NCBI RefSeq assembly: GCF_009914755.1
Contig: NC_060934.1
DNA length: 64,000 nt
Reading direction: 5' to 3' (one strand)
Source of the DNA: the human T2T-CHM13v2.0 reference genome, Homo sapiens
The notes beneath the pieces were generated by a model. It had not been told where the DNA came from, did not search any database, and saw only the letters and a list, made by a program, of their open reading frames with translations. Of this stretch, positions 60,818 to 64,000 are shown piece after piece (within the stretch, counting starts at the first letter, position 1; each line of letters opens with the position of its first letter). Position numbers and translations under genes: made by a program.

Positions 60818-62401
60818 GGTGGAACTAATAGTCACTGAACGTTTTTGAGCAGGGGAGAAACCTGAGGACGTCTATGTTGCAGCAGTGGAAACTTGATTAG
60901 AAGTAGGAGAAGATGCATGGTCTTAAAAGAATGCAAAATGATGGCTAATATTTGAGTGCTTATGATGGGCCAGGGGCTGTGCTAGGCGCGTGGCACACAT
61001 TCAATACGATGGAAGCCTGTACCAGTCAGTATTAGTGGGGTATCTTTAAGAGTGACCAGAATTAAGGGGGGTTTTCACCAAAGCCTGAGGACTGAGCCTC
61101 CTCATCCTAAATTCAGACACAATGCTGTACCTATGCATTTGCCTCCAGGCTGTTCCTGGGCCTCCAGGGACTGGCCCAGGCTCCTGATAAATAGGGACTC
61201 CCAACAACATAAAGCCTGGATTTTGGAACTTCCTGAATGTTACTCAGGCTTTCTAGTAACTGTGGAGATCTGAATAATAACACAATTCTAAGTTCCCCTA
61301 CTCATAAAGCTGCTCATCATTTAGATGGGGTAAAGCACCTGAAATACAATGAGCATCACTATTTTCATTCATCCATGAAATGAACATTCCGGGGAGATCA
61401 GTAAGTTGATGTATCACCCTTGAACAGGGCAAAATGAATACTCACCAGGAATATGTGGTATTTTAAAAAGAAGGCAAAGGGAAGAATAGTGGGGATGGGG
61501 CAAAAACTTTAAATAGATTCCCCCAATCATATATGGCAATTGAAGATAATTAAATTATCATTTTAATTGAGTAAGTACTCATAGAGCCCTCACTATTTGA
61601 AAATGAACTGCCTCCTAATTGTTATTGTGCAAATGTGATACATTAAACTTAAGCTATTTTAATAAAACATCCATTTTCGGAAGCTGTAGTAGGTTCTCCC
61701 AGGTCAGATTTGATAAGCCATAAAGAACAAATGCCAACTCCTATTTTTCTATGGTGCTGGGAAATAAGAGAGAAATGTGTAATTCAAAGCAATCATTTAA
61801 TTTTATCCAATAGCTTGATTCTCCTCTCTCTTCTAGCCTTTTAGCTAAGCTGTTACCAAGTAACCACACTAGTTGGCTTGAGTCTTACCACTGTTTCCCT
61901 GACCCCACAGTGGAGAGACTGCATCTGTTAAAGAGCAGTTATGTAACCATGGCTATGCTGAGCTGGGATTCCCAAGGCTTAGGTTCTTTCTGTGAATGAC
62001 CTTCACCAAGACACCTGAGGTCTGTGTGGAACCACAGGCTTGTCATCTCTAAGGCAGAGTTGATAATTCCATCTGTTTCTTGAGCCCACACTGAGAAAAA
62101 GATTACATGACTGCAGTTATTTGAATGCCTCATGGAAAGACGTCTTATAAATGTTATAATTAATGTTATCATTAAGTAATGCTTCAATGCAGATCTTCCA
62201 AGTATAAATATCAGCTGAGTAAGAAGTCAATCTTCCCTGAAGCAAAATTGAAATTTGTAAATGCGATTTCTGGGAGCTTATTTTGTAATACATGATTCCA
62301 GAGTGTCCATAACACACACAATTGTCTTTTTTCCCCTACATGGGCTATTTACAACAAAATTGGACTTATAATGTTTATTTCCAGGGATGACTAGAACTTT
62401 A

Positions 62402-62758
<357 letters not shown>

Positions 62759-63016
62759 TCATCTAATGGTTTTCTTGACAATTAAATTTTCTATATAATG
62801 TCAGTTCATAAAAAAACTGAGAACGACCACATGTCATATCGACTGCTTAAAAGAAAATACGTATATTTACAAACATATACACAATACTGTCTTTTGTCTG
62901 GTTAGTTTAGAGGTTAGAATAAACTGCAGTATGTTGTAGTGGACAGATCATAGAACTAGGAGTCAGGATGTCTGGATTCCTAGGAAGCAATGAGTAGGTT
63001 GCACGGTGCAGCTCAA

Positions 63017-63188
63017 GGTTATTCAAAGTGTGGTGCCCAGACCAGCATCATGAGTATCCTCAGGGAGCTTGTTAGAACTGCAGATCCTTTAACTCATTGA
63101 ATCAGAATCCCTAGGTGTGGGGCCCTGAAATCTGTATTTTAGCAGGCTCTCTGGGATTGTGATGTGCCTTAGAGTTTGACAACCACTG
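63017..63188. mobile_element. MER5A
   Basis: TCAAAGTGTGGT..CAGACCAGCA...GGAGCTTGTTAGAA.TGCAGA...GAATCAGAA...GTTTGACAACCACTG. Confidence 0.75.
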
Positions 63189-63194
63189 GGTAGC

Positions 63195-63575
63195 TGATCC
63201 TGACTTAGACTTATCAGGCATGTGATCTTGAACAAGTCACATAATCTCACTGAGTTCAGTTTTCTTATGTTTAAAATAGGCCCAATAATATCTATTTCAC
63301 ATGGACTGCTTTGAGGATTAGGCAAGAGATCTGTAACAGACACTGTAGAACAGTGTCTCTGGTCTACAGCTGACCTTCCATAAATGGTAGTTGCCTTGAT
63401 TCTCTGCTCTGCCACATAATAGCTGGTTAACTATGAGCAAGTAATTTAGTTCTTCTCAGTTTAGTTTCTTCACCTGTAAAAGAAGGAAAATAACTGTTAT
63501 ACTCAATTTCTGAAGTGGCTATAAAAATCAGTTTAAATTATGGGCATTGAAGCTCTTTGTACACTGTATAAGGAC
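63195..63575 (+). mobile_element. Two adjacent MIR fragments
   Basis: Cores TGTGATCTTGAACAAGTCACATAATCTCACTGAG.TCAGTTT and GAGCAAGTAATTT...CAGTTTAGTTTCTTCACCTGTAAAA. Confidence 0.7.
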
Positions 63576-63752
63576 TGTACATCTAAGGGATTAATGAGAC
63601 CAGGCTTATGATTTTAAGCATGGAGTAAATAGTAACACTGACTCTGTTCTATGAACCACATGGAAACTCTAAAGAATATGCACATTTGAAACACAGGTAT
63701 CATCTGGGGAAGGTGATCTGCTCACCCAAACCAGTTCATGAACATCAATCTC

Positions 63753-64000
63753 CAGTGGCGTGCTGGAGCTAGCTGTACCAGCTCATGAGGGCCAATTGTT
63801 TCATTTTTAGGAATTTTGTTTGCTGGTTAAAAATAGTCATTATTTAAAATTAAATTATGTAAACAATAATATTAGATAAAATAAGTTAAAATAAAAACAA
63901 AGGAACTAATTATCCCCAAACTCTTCCCCACCTAATTATTTTACTATCTGTGCCTTGGGATTATTTACATTGATTTTATCCATATGGTGACAATACTATT
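63753..64000 (+). mobile_element. MER63 (hAT-Blackjack), runs off the window end
   Basis: CAGTGGCGTGCTGGAGC..GTACCAGCTCATGAG.GCCAATTGTT..AGGAATTTTG..AAAAACAAAGG..CCTAATTATTTTACTA. Confidence 0.75.

Overview
This is human/primate genomic DNA, essentially non-coding and repeat-rich. It holds about 29 Alus, MIR/L2 and old L1 fragments, five MaLR LTRs and one ERVL solo LTR, and several DNA transposons, including a near full-length Tigger1. I found no host protein-coding exon, RNA gene or CRISPR array and cannot name the locus. Almost all listed ORFs are Alu, L1 or simple-repeat artefacts. The main feature is a two-LTR HERV9 (LTR12) provirus at 53152-59024 with a tRNA-Arg PBS, defective gag/pro, deleted RT/IN and an env-TM remnant. 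It appears chimeric: a second set of pol remnants resembling HERV-I (HERVIP10) sits between the HERV9 RNase H and env. Other points are two template-switch hairpin clusters (3112-3192, 10094-10167), an AT-rich VNTR capped by inverted copies of its unit, several strong + strand exon-like signals (possible spliced lncRNA), a possible ancient RTE-X/L4 relic and a palindrome-rich candidate enhancer. Repeat subfamily names come from recalled consensus sequences, not from a RepeatMasker run.
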